Shown here piece after piece: positions 14,524 through 22,684 of a DNA stretch of 26,197 nucleotides. Position numbers and translations under genes: made by a program. The stretch is taken from IMG/VR virus record IMGVR_UViG_3300025296_002718, positions 1 through 26,197 of that record; one strand, written 5' to 3'. Positions within the stretch are counted from its first letter, which is position 1, and each line of letters opens with the position of its first letter. The notes beneath the pieces are model-generated. The model ran no database searches. It was not told the origin of the DNA and was given only the letters and a program-made list of their open reading frames with translations. The DNA is from a virus (taxonomy: Duplodnaviria > Caudoviricetes).

Positions 14524-15669
14524 ATGAAAGTGCATATTCCTCATAGCCAATTAAGCGCCGCAGATGACCACACCCAGATGATTCTGGATGGGCACAAGCT
14601 GCCCTGGCACCATGACCGGGTCGAAGCATGGGAGCGCGGGGAGCGTATAGCGCCCATCACCATAGACATGGCTCTGACCAGGGCCTGTAACTATAGCTGT
14701 GGATTTTGCTACGCCATGCTCCAGGAGAATGACCGCTCAGTTATCACGAAGGACATTATAACTTCTTTCTTGGACGACTGCGCGGAGATGGGAGTGCGGG
14801 GCATCTCACTGGTCTCAGACGGTGAGTCAACCTTGTCCCCGGCTTTTGACCACAGCCTGATGTATGGTCACGAGTTGGGCATCTCGATGGCAGTAGGGTC
14901 CAATGGCTATGTGCTGAAAGCTGACAGGATGAGACCGTTGCTGAAGACCCTCACCTACATCCGTATCAACTTCAGTGCGGGGGAGCCCAAGCGGTACGCT
15001 GAGATCATGGGAGTGAAAGAGGAGGCGTACTGGCAGGTCATTCAGAATATCCGTGACATGGTAGCTATCAAGGACGCTCAAGGGCTGGATACTACCATCG
15101 GTATCCAGATGGTCTTGATGCCCCAGGATGCAGACCAGATTATTCCCTTCGCCAAGCTAGGGAAGGAATTGGGAGTGGATTATGCGGTTATTAAACATTG
15201 CTCGGACGATGAGTATGGCAGTCTGGGCGTGGATTATGGGGCCTATGGGAGCCTCTACAGTCTGCTGCGGGAGGCAGAATCATATTCCACTGATAATTAC
15301 CAATGCGTGGTTAAGTGGAGCAAAATCGCATCTGAAGGCCAGCGATCATATCAGCGATGCTACGGACCGCCATTCCTGATTCAAATCAGTGGGTCCGGTC
15401 TGGTAGCTCCTTGCGGGATGATGTTTAACGACCGCTACGCCAAGTTCCACATCGGCAACATCTGCGAGCAGCGATGGTGGGATATCTGGCAATCAGACCG
15501 GTACTGGGATGTGATGAGTTACCTGGGGTCTGACCAGTTCAATGCCCAGAAGAGCTGCGGGACGCTGTGCCTGCAGCACAAGGTCAACGAGGCCCTTGAC
15601 CAGCATACGAAGGGCCAGAAGGTCACATCAGCGCAGGCAGGAGAGCCACTGCATGTCAACTTCGTTTAA
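14524..15669 (+). CDS. Radical SAM enzyme with SPASM/twitch domain
   Basis: CNYSCGFC; C-terminal RCYGP...I...G.V.PC......IGNI......DIW.S...C...C; GGAG RBS before ATG 14524. Confidence 0.92.
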   Translation: MKVHIPHSQLSAADDHTQMILDGHKLPWHHDRVEAWERGERIAPITIDMALTRACNYSCGFCYAMLQENDRSVITKDIITSFLDDCAEMGVRGISLVSDGESTLSPAFDHSLMYGHELGISMAVGSNGYVLKADRMRPLLKTLTYIRINFSAGEPKRYAEIMGVKEEAYWQVIQNIRDMVAIKDAQGLDTTIGIQMVLMPQDADQIIPFAKLGKELGVDYAVIKHCSDDEYGSLGVDYGAYGSLYSLLREAESYSTDNYQCVVKWSKIASEGQRSYQRCYGPPFLIQISGSGLVAPCGMMFNDRYAKFHIGNICEQRWWDIWQSDRYWDVMSYLGSDQFNAQKSCGTLCLQHKVNEALDQHTKGQKVTSAQAGEPLHVNFV

Positions 15670-16000
15670 GTTCATTGATTTCTGGAATGTGCTCGGCGGC
15701 CTCTTACTAATTGTTGGTGTTGGTCTTGTTGGCACCTTCATGGTGCTGGGTATGCTGTTGATAATCCAAACAATTGGGGGTGACAAGAATGACAGCTACG
15801 AGTGCATCCCACTGACTATCCATGTGGACTCTGTCTTTGATGATGGACGTGTAGGCATCGGCGAGCGGGAGATATGCGGTCAGAATCTCACCATCAGCAA
15901 CGAGTATGGCCCCAGTTTCACGGATGTGATCGAGATTCAAAAAGGCGAGATAGCAAGACTCAAAGCGATCATCGCGGCGGCAGGTGGGAATAAGCCATGA
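15653..16000 (+). CDS. Single-TM membrane protein
   Basis: AGGAG upstream; N-terminal hydrophobic helix; ATGA coupling to the next gene. Confidence 0.6.
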   Translation: MSTSFKFIDFWNVLGGLLLIVGVGLVGTFMVLGMLLIIQTIGGDKNDSYECIPLTIHVDSVFDDGRVGIGEREICGQNLTISNEYGPSFTDVIEIQKGEIARLKAIIAAAGGNKP

Positions 16001-16392
16001 GCATCCCTAAGAGGCATGTGCATATATTAGCATCCACAAACTGCTTGACCATTAATGATCAAGTGGTTGTTATGAAAGGTGAGCGTCAAGGGCAAGTCGG
16101 CACTGTCTCGCTCATTTGTCAAGATATGGGTGTTGTGAGAACTATTTTCTGCATGGTTCAGTTTGAAGATTCATTAGAACAGATGTATGCTAGTGAATTG
16201 GATATCGCTGCTGATGAGCGAGTACAGACAATTAGAAAAGATAAAGCCTTTTGGGATGATGTCCATGCAAGGAGTAGCGCATTCTTCGCTACGCCTGAAG
16301 GTGCAGAGTTTAGAAAACAGCGTCGTGCACGCCATGAAGAGATGCGAATAAGGCGTGATCCTGCATATATGGAATACCATCCTGATGGTTAA
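15997..16392 (+). CDS. Hypothetical protein with KOW/SH3-like motif
   Basis: INDQVVVMKGERQGQVGTV matches the KOW pattern. Confidence 0.55.
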   Translation: MSIPKRHVHILASTNCLTINDQVVVMKGERQGQVGTVSLICQDMGVVRTIFCMVQFEDSLEQMYASELDIAADERVQTIRKDKAFWDDVHARSSAFFATPEGAEFRKQRRARHEEMRIRRDPAYMEYHPDG

Positions 16393-16408
16393 CCCCGCTA
16401 GGAGTGAG

Positions 16409-17833
16409 ATGAACACCAACCCTTCTGAGGCTGAGAGAATCAGTATGTTAGAGACATTGTCTCCTGACTTTGCAGCGGTCAAGGCTCAAGAAATGCTGGC
16501 TATTCGTGAACAATATCACGATAAAATCATCGTACTGTGCGACGGGGTTTTCGACGTATTACACCCCGGACACATTGCGCATCTGAGGGAAGCACGTAGT
16601 CATGGGGATATCTTAGTTGTCGCCCTGGCAACGGATGATTGGGTGCGCAAAGGCCCTGATAGACCCATGTTCGGATACAAAATGCGGGAATCCGCTCTTA
16701 ATGAACTTGTTAATCTTGTGGACTATATTTTCCCTTGTGACGCTCATATTAACAACGTGATTCCATATCTCAAACCCAACATTTATGCCAAGGGGCACGA
16801 TTATGACCAAATTGAGCCTGACTTGGTTGAGTTGATCATTCAGCATGGGGGTACTCCGATTATTACGCAGGCCCCCATCGGTAGCTCCTCAAGCTACATC
16901 AACAGCCAAATGAGTGTCTATCCAGAAAAGACTCAAGATTATCTCAAAGGGTTCAAGTCAGATTATTCTGTCTCCGAAGTGGTGGGTTGGTTAGACGCAT
17001 TGCAGGACATGTCCATCGTGGTGGTTGGTGAGTGGATCGAGGACATTTATACCAGGGCCACACCCCTTGCCAAGTCACCGAGGGACCCAACGGTGACATA
17101 CCAGCGCCATGAGTCAGAGACCCACCAGGGCGGAATAATGGCAGTAGTTAACCATCTGAAGGGGTTCTGTGACAATGTGGTCTCCATCAGTCAAATGCAA
17201 GTGATTACCAAAGAGCGATTCTGGGACCCTGGTAGGAACCTGAAGTTTGTCGGGATGGAGACTATTCCCACCCCTCTCATGGATGAGCAGGAGATACATG
17301 ATACCTACTTTGCTCTAAAAGTGGCAGCTATGAACTCCCAGGTGCTCATGGCAATGGACTATGGTCATGGCTTCTTCGTGCCAAAACTGCGCGAACTAGC
17401 TCAGTCACAGGCCAGTTTCCTGGCTGTGAACTGTCAGACCAACTCCCATAACTACGGGTTCAACCCGCCCACTTTGTGGGCTAGGGCTGACTACATCTGC
17501 ATGAATGCACTAGAGGATCGATTGGCTGATTCCTATGGCTATGAAGAGAACTGGTGGGGGGTTAGAATGGTCACAGATGGAAGTGATGGCTCTAGCCTAT
17601 ATTCTCCCATTGCAATATATACGCCAGCTCTCGCGGTGTCAGTAGTAGACACAGTAGGCGCTGGAGACAGCCTCTTTGCAATCTCGGCTCCCCTTGTGGC
17701 AGCTGGCTGCCCTTCACCTATAGTTGGCTTCATCGGCAATGCGATGGCAGCACTCCAGTGCAACGTGGTGGGGAATAGCCAGCCAGTGGGCAAGAAGTCT
17801 CTGCAGCGATTTATCAAGGCGTTGATGGCGTAA
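16409..17833 (+). CDS. Bifunctional nucleotidyltransferase (HxGH) + PfkB sugar kinase, HldE/RfaE-like with reversed domain order
   Basis: GVFDVLHPGHI..L..A...GD.LVV, KG.DRP, KP.IYAKG.DY; C-terminal DYGHG and VVDTVGAGDS; AGGAG RBS before 16409. Confidence 0.9.
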   Translation: MNTNPSEAERISMLETLSPDFAAVKAQEMLAIREQYHDKIIVLCDGVFDVLHPGHIAHLREARSHGDILVVALATDDWVRKGPDRPMFGYKMRESALNELVNLVDYIFPCDAHINNVIPYLKPNIYAKGHDYDQIEPDLVELIIQHGGTPIITQAPIGSSSSYINSQMSVYPEKTQDYLKGFKSDYSVSEVVGWLDALQDMSIVVVGEWIEDIYTRATPLAKSPRDPTVTYQRHESETHQGGIMAVVNHLKGFCDNVVSISQMQVITKERFWDPGRNLKFVGMETIPTPLMDEQEIHDTYFALKVAAMNSQVLMAMDYGHGFFVPKLRELAQSQASFLAVNCQTNSHNYGFNPPTLWARADYICMNALEDRLADSYGYEENWWGVRMVTDGSDGSSLYSPIAIYTPALAVSVVDTVGAGDSLFAISAPLVAAGCPSPIVGFIGNAMAALQCNVVGNSQPVGKKSLQRFIKALMA

Positions 17834-18093
17834 TGATACTACTGCTACCCAACTGGGTGCGATGGTGTTTACTCCCGTACATATTTATTGTCGGGGTGGG
17901 ATATGGGTTGGTTATCCAGTTACATTTTACCTTGTGGATTTTGCCCAAAGAATTACTGGTGGGCCATGTCAATCTAAGGGAAGGTGATACTTATCTGGGG
18001 ACACTGCACAATCCATTGAAGTGCCCTGGATGCCCAGCCCCGACAGGAGTGCCAACGTTTAGGTGGGACCTCAACAAAGAAAAAGGAGGATGA
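17833..18093 (+). CDS. Small membrane protein with C-terminal HxPxxCxxC
   Basis: TAATG coupling; LPNWV..LLP, TM segment, HNPLKCPGC. Confidence 0.6.
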   Translation: MILLLPNWVRWCLLPYIFIVGVGYGLVIQLHFTLWILPKELLVGHVNLREGDTYLGTLHNPLKCPGCPAPTGVPTFRWDLNKEKGG

Positions 18094-18097
18094 AAAG

Positions 18098-19084
18098 ATG
18101 ACTGACAGACTTGTACTCATCACAGGTGGTACAGGTTACGTGGGGAGTGTCCTCGTGCCGATGGTAGCCAAGAAATATCCGGTCCGGGTGTTCTGTAACC
18201 AGCTCTTCGGGAATCCCATCGCTGAAACTCCTAACGTCGAGTTCATCGAGGGCGACATACGGGACGAGAATACCTTGGCAGTTGCTATGCGTGGAGTTAC
18301 TGATGTGATCCACTTGGCTGGCGTTGTCACTGACGAGCTTGTAGACATGAACCCAGGCCTGGCACGTGAAATTAATGTCGAGGCGATGAATAGCTTGTGC
18401 CAGATCGCCAAGACAGCCGGTGCAAATAGATTCATATATGCCTCATCCAGCAGCATCTATGGGGCGCAGGACGAGATTGCCGATGAGACGATGTTGCCAA
18501 ACCCGATGACCGAATATGCCAAGATGAAGCTGGCAGGCGAGACAATTCTAAACAATTATCAGAGTCTCGACTTTACGGTCTGCTCAGTCCGTTGCGCCAC
18601 CTGTGCTGGACCTGCTCCCAGGATGCGCCTGGACACAATCGTGAATGTGTTCTGCAAACAGGCCTACTTTGACCACCGTATCAACGTCCACGGCGGAGGC
18701 CAGTGGCGGACCAACATCCATGTTGAGGACGCTGCTGCTTTCTATACGAGGCTCCTTGACGCTGATCCTGAGCTTATCCAGGGTGAAGCATTCAACGTCA
18801 CGGCTGAGAATCACCATGCTATAGAGATCGCCCGGATCGTCAGGTACTTGGCTGGCGAATATGGGTTACCTGCTAGCATCTCTGTGGATACGAGCAAGCA
18901 GGACCCACGTAATTACCGGATGACCGCGAAGAAAGCAGAGCAGGTGTTGGGTTGGCAGCCGAGACATGATATGACTTGTGCCATCAATGACAATTTCCGA
19001 TGGTTCAAGGCTGGTGGCATAGAGGAACCCGATAGCGATCTCTACTACAACAACAGGCGGATGAAAGAATTTGTGAAAGGATAG
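18098..19084 (+). CDS. NAD-dependent nucleotide-sugar epimerase/dehydratase (extended SDR)
   Basis: ITGGTGYVGS, VIHLAG, ASSSSIYG, YAKMK (YxxxK), RMRLD, R.NIHVED. Confidence 0.94.
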   Translation: MTDRLVLITGGTGYVGSVLVPMVAKKYPVRVFCNQLFGNPIAETPNVEFIEGDIRDENTLAVAMRGVTDVIHLAGVVTDELVDMNPGLAREINVEAMNSLCQIAKTAGANRFIYASSSSIYGAQDEIADETMLPNPMTEYAKMKLAGETILNNYQSLDFTVCSVRCATCAGPAPRMRLDTIVNVFCKQAYFDHRINVHGGGQWRTNIHVEDAAAFYTRLLDADPELIQGEAFNVTAENHHAIEIARIVRYLAGEYGLPASISVDTSKQDPRNYRMTAKKAEQVLGWQPRHDMTCAINDNFRWFKAGGIEEPDSDLYYNNRRMKEFVKG

Positions 19085-19089
19085 TATCT

Positions 19090-20226
19090 ATGCAAACGCA
19101 GACTGAAATGAAAGTACCCTACGGATACCTACCCCAAGAGTATGCGGCTAACCGGGGCGACATTGACGAGGTCTTGGAGAAGATACGCCAGTGTGTCGAG
19201 AAAGGCGACTTCACCCTTGGCGATCCGGTAGGTGAGTTTGAGGAGGCCTTTGCACAGGTCACTGGCTACGCCCACGCTGTGGCGGTGAATAGCGGCACTG
19301 ACGCTCTGTTCCTGGCAATGAAGGCTATGGGGGTAGGATATGGCAACTATGTGGTGACAGTGCCCAACACCTTCGTTGCCACAGTTGGGGCCATCTGTGC
19401 GACGAGGGCGACCCCTGTCTTTACTGATGTGGGGGATGATTATTTGATGCGCTTGAATCTGACTACTGAAAAAAAGCGAAAGTTAAACGTTGGGACAAAC
19501 ATTTATGGAATCAGATACCTGCCGGTGGAATTGACAGGTCGCCCTTTGCCTGATGATCTTTTCCCCTGGCTTAATGATCAGACATTTGGACCCATCATTG
19601 TAGATTCAGCCCAATCAATTGGCAGCAAAGCGCCTCAGATTAAGGACATTGCTACCTACAGTCTCCACCCTCTAAAGAATGTCCATGTCTGGGGTGATGG
19701 TGGGGTAGTTTGCACCAATCATCGAGAGATGGCCGATGCAATACGACTGACCAGAAATCATGGGCTAAGAACGCGAGATGAAGCTGCACTTCCTGGGTAC
19801 AATAGTCGCCTGGATAGTGTCCAGGCTATCGTGGGCCTGTACTCGCTGAGGAATGTGGACTGGGTGACCGAACAACGTAACCGCCACGCCAGGGTATATG
19901 ACGAGGCCCTGCGAGGCTGTGAGGGAGTTACCCTTCCTCCGCGTAGTGCGGGTATCACTGAGGCGTTCCACACCTATGTGGTCCAGGTGGATGACCGTGC
20001 GCATTTGATAGACCGTCTCCTGAGTAAGGGGATTGACGCAAAAGTCCACTACCCGATTCCCCTGCATCTACAACCAGCCTTTAGACATCTGGGATACGAG
20101 GCGGGAGATTTGCCCGTTGCTGAGGCTCAGGCCAAACGTATCCTGAGCCTGCCAGTCCACGAGTATCTTGCAGAAGGACAGATAGAGTATGTCGTTGAAA
20201 CAATCCGAGCTTTCTACGCTTCTTGA
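19090..20226 (+). CDS. DegT/DnrJ/EryC1/StrS PLP-dependent sugar aminotransferase
   Basis: VNSGTDAL, TFVAT, VDSAQS, SLHPLKN...WGDGG, GYNSRLD..QA, HYPIPLHLQPA, LSLP. Confidence 0.95.
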   Translation: MQTQTEMKVPYGYLPQEYAANRGDIDEVLEKIRQCVEKGDFTLGDPVGEFEEAFAQVTGYAHAVAVNSGTDALFLAMKAMGVGYGNYVVTVPNTFVATVGAICATRATPVFTDVGDDYLMRLNLTTEKKRKLNVGTNIYGIRYLPVELTGRPLPDDLFPWLNDQTFGPIIVDSAQSIGSKAPQIKDIATYSLHPLKNVHVWGDGGVVCTNHREMADAIRLTRNHGLRTRDEAALPGYNSRLDSVQAIVGLYSLRNVDWVTEQRNRHARVYDEALRGCEGVTLPPRSAGITEAFHTYVVQVDDRAHLIDRLLSKGIDAKVHYPIPLHLQPAFRHLGYEAGDLPVAEAQAKRILSLPVHEYLAEGQIEYVVETIRAFYAS

Positions 20227-20764
20227 CCAATACACCAGTCAGCTAGAGAAGGGGCTAGATGCATTAGGTTACTCTGATATTGGTCTATTTGTGAGTGCGC
20301 TACATGCCTGCCAAGATAGCGGCGGAGTGGTCTATACCTGTGGCAATGGTGGCAGCGCTGCCAACGCTAGCCACCTGGCGGCTCACCTGAACCAAGCTGG
20401 CATCAGGTCCGTATGTCTCACTGACAATGTACCCTGGGTAACTGCAACCAGCAACGATGCAGATTACGGAAGCATTTTCAGTGATTATGTGCAATTAGTG
20501 GGCAATAAGGATAATGACCTGGTGTTCATCATCAGTGGCTCAGGAAACTCTTTCAATGTGGAAAGGCTGATAATTCATGGTTGGTCTGGGTTGGCCCTCC
20601 TGGGAATGGACGGCGGGCGGATCAAAGCGCTAATAGACGGCCATTCTGATGATAGCGTGCGCTATATCTTGGTGCCCGTGCGGGACTATGGCCCTATCGA
20701 GGATATCCATAGCGCCCTTATTCACATGATTTATCAGTCCCTCAAGGCGTTGACAACAGAGTAG
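20189..20764 (+). CDS. SIS-domain phosphosugar isomerase, GmhA-like
   Basis: CGNGGSAANASH, TATSND..Y..IF, ISGSGNS.NV, G.DGG, EDIH...IH. Confidence 0.9.
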   Translation: MSLKQSELSTLLDQYTSQLEKGLDALGYSDIGLFVSALHACQDSGGVVYTCGNGGSAANASHLAAHLNQAGIRSVCLTDNVPWVTATSNDADYGSIFSDYVQLVGNKDNDLVFIISGSGNSFNVERLIIHGWSGLALLGMDGGRIKALIDGHSDDSVRYILVPVRDYGPIEDIHSALIHMIYQSLKALTTE

Positions 20765-20953
20765 ACCAAGGCAATCTTCCCGTGACCAATTAGCTCACTT
20801 CTGTTCTCTACTATCCCCGGGCTTCCTTCTCAGTCTGGAGCTTTTATGTGTCTGTAATCGTTCTAGGCAACCTTTCAGCCAACGAAGCGAAGTATACCTT
20901 CATTTGATCAAGTGCGGGCATGGTAACTCATATGAATTATCATAGTTTTACTA

Positions 20954-20982
20954 TTGACATACTGGTAAAAGTATGGTAATTT
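20954..20982 (+). promoter_or_regulatory. Sigma70-type promoter with palindromic spacer
   Basis: TTGACA (20954-59), 17 nt, TAATTT with extended TG; CATAC-N8-GTATG inverted repeat at 20958-20975. Confidence 0.7.
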
Positions 20983-21019
20983 AAGAATGGAGTAAATAAA
21001 AGAGACAGAGGAGAGCAAT

Positions 21020-21325
21020 ATGTTGCTCAAGAAGACAGCAGAGTCACAGCCCCCTGTTATTACGCCCATAAGGGCGTATCAATGCCAAGATTGTTCTGCA
21101 ATCAAGACAGAAGAGGGTGGCCCTCTCTATGAGTGTGGCGAGTGCGGGACCTTGTTCAACAGGAGCTCATCCGCAAACGGAAACCATCAATGTCCTAACT
21201 GTAACAGGTTCGCTCAACGGATTGATGACATGTCCTGCGCGGAATGTGAGCAATTCGAGATCAAGGAGGTATGGGCAGTAGAGTGTGATTGCTGTGAAGA
21301 GCTACATGCTATTGCAGAAATATAA
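21020..21325 (+). CDS. Multi-CxxC zinc-ribbon protein
   Basis: CQDC, CGEC, CPNC, CAEC, CDCC; GAGGAG RBS. Confidence 0.75.
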   Translation: MLLKKTAESQPPVITPIRAYQCQDCSAIKTEEGGPLYECGECGTLFNRSSSANGNHQCPNCNRFAQRIDDMSCAECEQFEIKEVWAVECDCCEELHAIAEI

Positions 21326-21337
21326 ATGGGGGCGAAA

Positions 21338-21499
21338 ATGGCACGAATAACGGTAGAATTGCTAATCTGTGAAAGATGCGGACATGCATGGATCTCTCAC
21401 AGGACTACAGGTCCAAGAGGGCCCAAAGTTTGTCCCAATTGCCAGAGTAGAGACTGGGATGAGCCAAGGGTGTATCGTCCCAGACGGAATGCAATTTAG
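21338..21499 (+). CDS. 53-aa zinc-ribbon protein (not in ORF track)
   Basis: MARITVELLICERCGHAWISHRTTGPRGPKVCPNCQSRDWDEPRVYRPRRNAI*; GGGGG upstream. Confidence 0.75.
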   Translation: MARITVELLICERCGHAWISHRTTGPRGPKVCPNCQSRDWDEPRVYRPRRNAI

Positions 21500-21513
21500 T
21501 TTTCATTGACTTG

Positions 21514-21542
21514 TTGAGCGCTCCAATCTCTGATAGTATTAT
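21514..21542 (+). promoter_or_regulatory. Putative sigma70 promoter for hairpin RNA
   Basis: TTGAGC, 17 nt, TATTAT; predicted start coincides with the hairpin at 21547. Confidence 0.5.
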
Positions 21543-21546
21543 AGAT

Positions 21547-21634
21547 AGAAGCTCAGGGCACCATCTGACATTATACCTAGCCTCCATTGATCTAGGTGTC
21601 TTCTCAGTGGCGAGCCGCCCTGAGCTTCTTTTAT
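21547..21634 (+). ncRNA. Putative ~85-nt hairpin small RNA / terminator
   Basis: AGAAGCTCAGGGC/GCCCTGAGCTTCT perfect 13 bp, inner ACCTAG/CTAGGT stem, loop CCTCCATTGAT, ends in a T-run. Confidence 0.55.
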
Positions 21635-21664
21635 GAATAAAGTTGATCATTGCTGCTAGGGGTA

Positions 21665-21694
21665 TTGACAGAAGAATAATTCGTATGAAATAAT
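21665..21694 (+). promoter_or_regulatory. Putative sigma70 promoter upstream of protease leader
   Basis: TTGACA (21665-70), 18 nt, AATAAT with upstream TG. Confidence 0.5.
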
Positions 21695-21759
21695 AATTCT
21701 GCGCAGGCGGTTGCTTTCCATCCTGGCTCCCTCCTGATCTGCTGGGGTCCTAGGCGGCT

Positions 21760-21813
21760 AGACCGCCCAACATACAGTAATAGTTCTACTGTATGTCTTG
21801 GGCGGTCTTTTTT
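21760..21813 (+). terminator. Intrinsic-terminator-like hairpin just upstream of prohead protease
   Basis: AGACCGCCCAA/TTGGGCGGTCT plus CATACAGTA/TACTGTATG stems, followed by a T-run. Confidence 0.7.
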
Positions 21814-21825
21814 ATTGGGGGACAC

Positions 21826-22683
21826 ATGCTAGAGAACATCGCTGAACTAGAAGCACAGATACGAGAGGCTGAACTGGAGGCATTGGAAGCGTATCGGAAG
21901 GGTACGGCTGATGCTCCGACGCTTTACCGGGCCGATGGATACATGAAGGCCCACGAGGATGGCCAGCCCCAGGTGTTTGTGGCTTCCGAAGAGACCGCCG
22001 ACAGAATGGGTGACATTATCTCGGTTGAGGGCTGGGAGCTATCCAGTTACAAGAAGAATCCGGTGATGCTCCTGGGGCACGACCATCGCATTCCGCCCAT
22101 TGCCAGGGCAGGCAAAGTCTGGGCGGATGGTAAGCAGCTTCTCAACACAGTTCTGTGGGACGAGGAAGACCCCCTTGGTGCCGCGATCATGGGGAAATAT
22201 CAGCGTGGCTTTATGCGGGCCCAGAGTGTCGGGTTCAAGCCCCTTGAGTTCAAAGACCGTGATGACGGCAACGGGCTTCACTTCACAAAGCAAGAACTCC
22301 TGGAAATCTCCTTGGTTTCAGTTCCCATGCACCCCAGGGCGCTACGAAAGGCGATGGGAGATGGCAAGTTCAGCCTCGTTGTGCCAGAAGGCATTGAGGC
22401 TGTGAAGTGGGGTAACGCTGATGACAACATATCAACGAAGGCGGGAGCCGCAATTAGCAAGGCGACCAGGCAAGCACTGGTAGATGTACGCAGCACTATC
22501 AGCCAGGCCGCTGATGCTCTGGAGGCGCTTATAAGGGATGACCCCGCTCCCATAGAAGAACCTCATCTGAAAGTAGAAGAGGACGCTGATCCCACTGAAA
22601 CTCAGCCCATAGAAGAAGACCTGCCTCAAGAGGATGAGGTCGTCAAGCTGCTAGATACTGTAAGGAAGAGTTTGGAGGAATGA
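21826..22683 (+). CDS. HK97-family prohead protease
   Basis: DRMGDII...GW....Y.KNPV.L.GHD, SVGF, ELLEISLVSVP; acidic C-terminal tail; GGGGG RBS before ATG 21826. Confidence 0.93.
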   Translation: MLENIAELEAQIREAELEALEAYRKGTADAPTLYRADGYMKAHEDGQPQVFVASEETADRMGDIISVEGWELSSYKKNPVMLLGHDHRIPPIARAGKVWADGKQLLNTVLWDEEDPLGAAIMGKYQRGFMRAQSVGFKPLEFKDRDDGNGLHFTKQELLEISLVSVPMHPRALRKAMGDGKFSLVVPEGIEAVKWGNADDNISTKAGAAISKATRQALVDVRSTISQAADALEALIRDDPAPIEEPHLKVEEDADPTETQPIEEDLPQEDEVVKLLDTVRKSLEE

Positions 22684-22684
22684 G

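Noticed and set aside
20817-20847. Possible terminator after the GmhA-like gene
   Set aside because: Stem is short with several G-U pairs; too weak to call.
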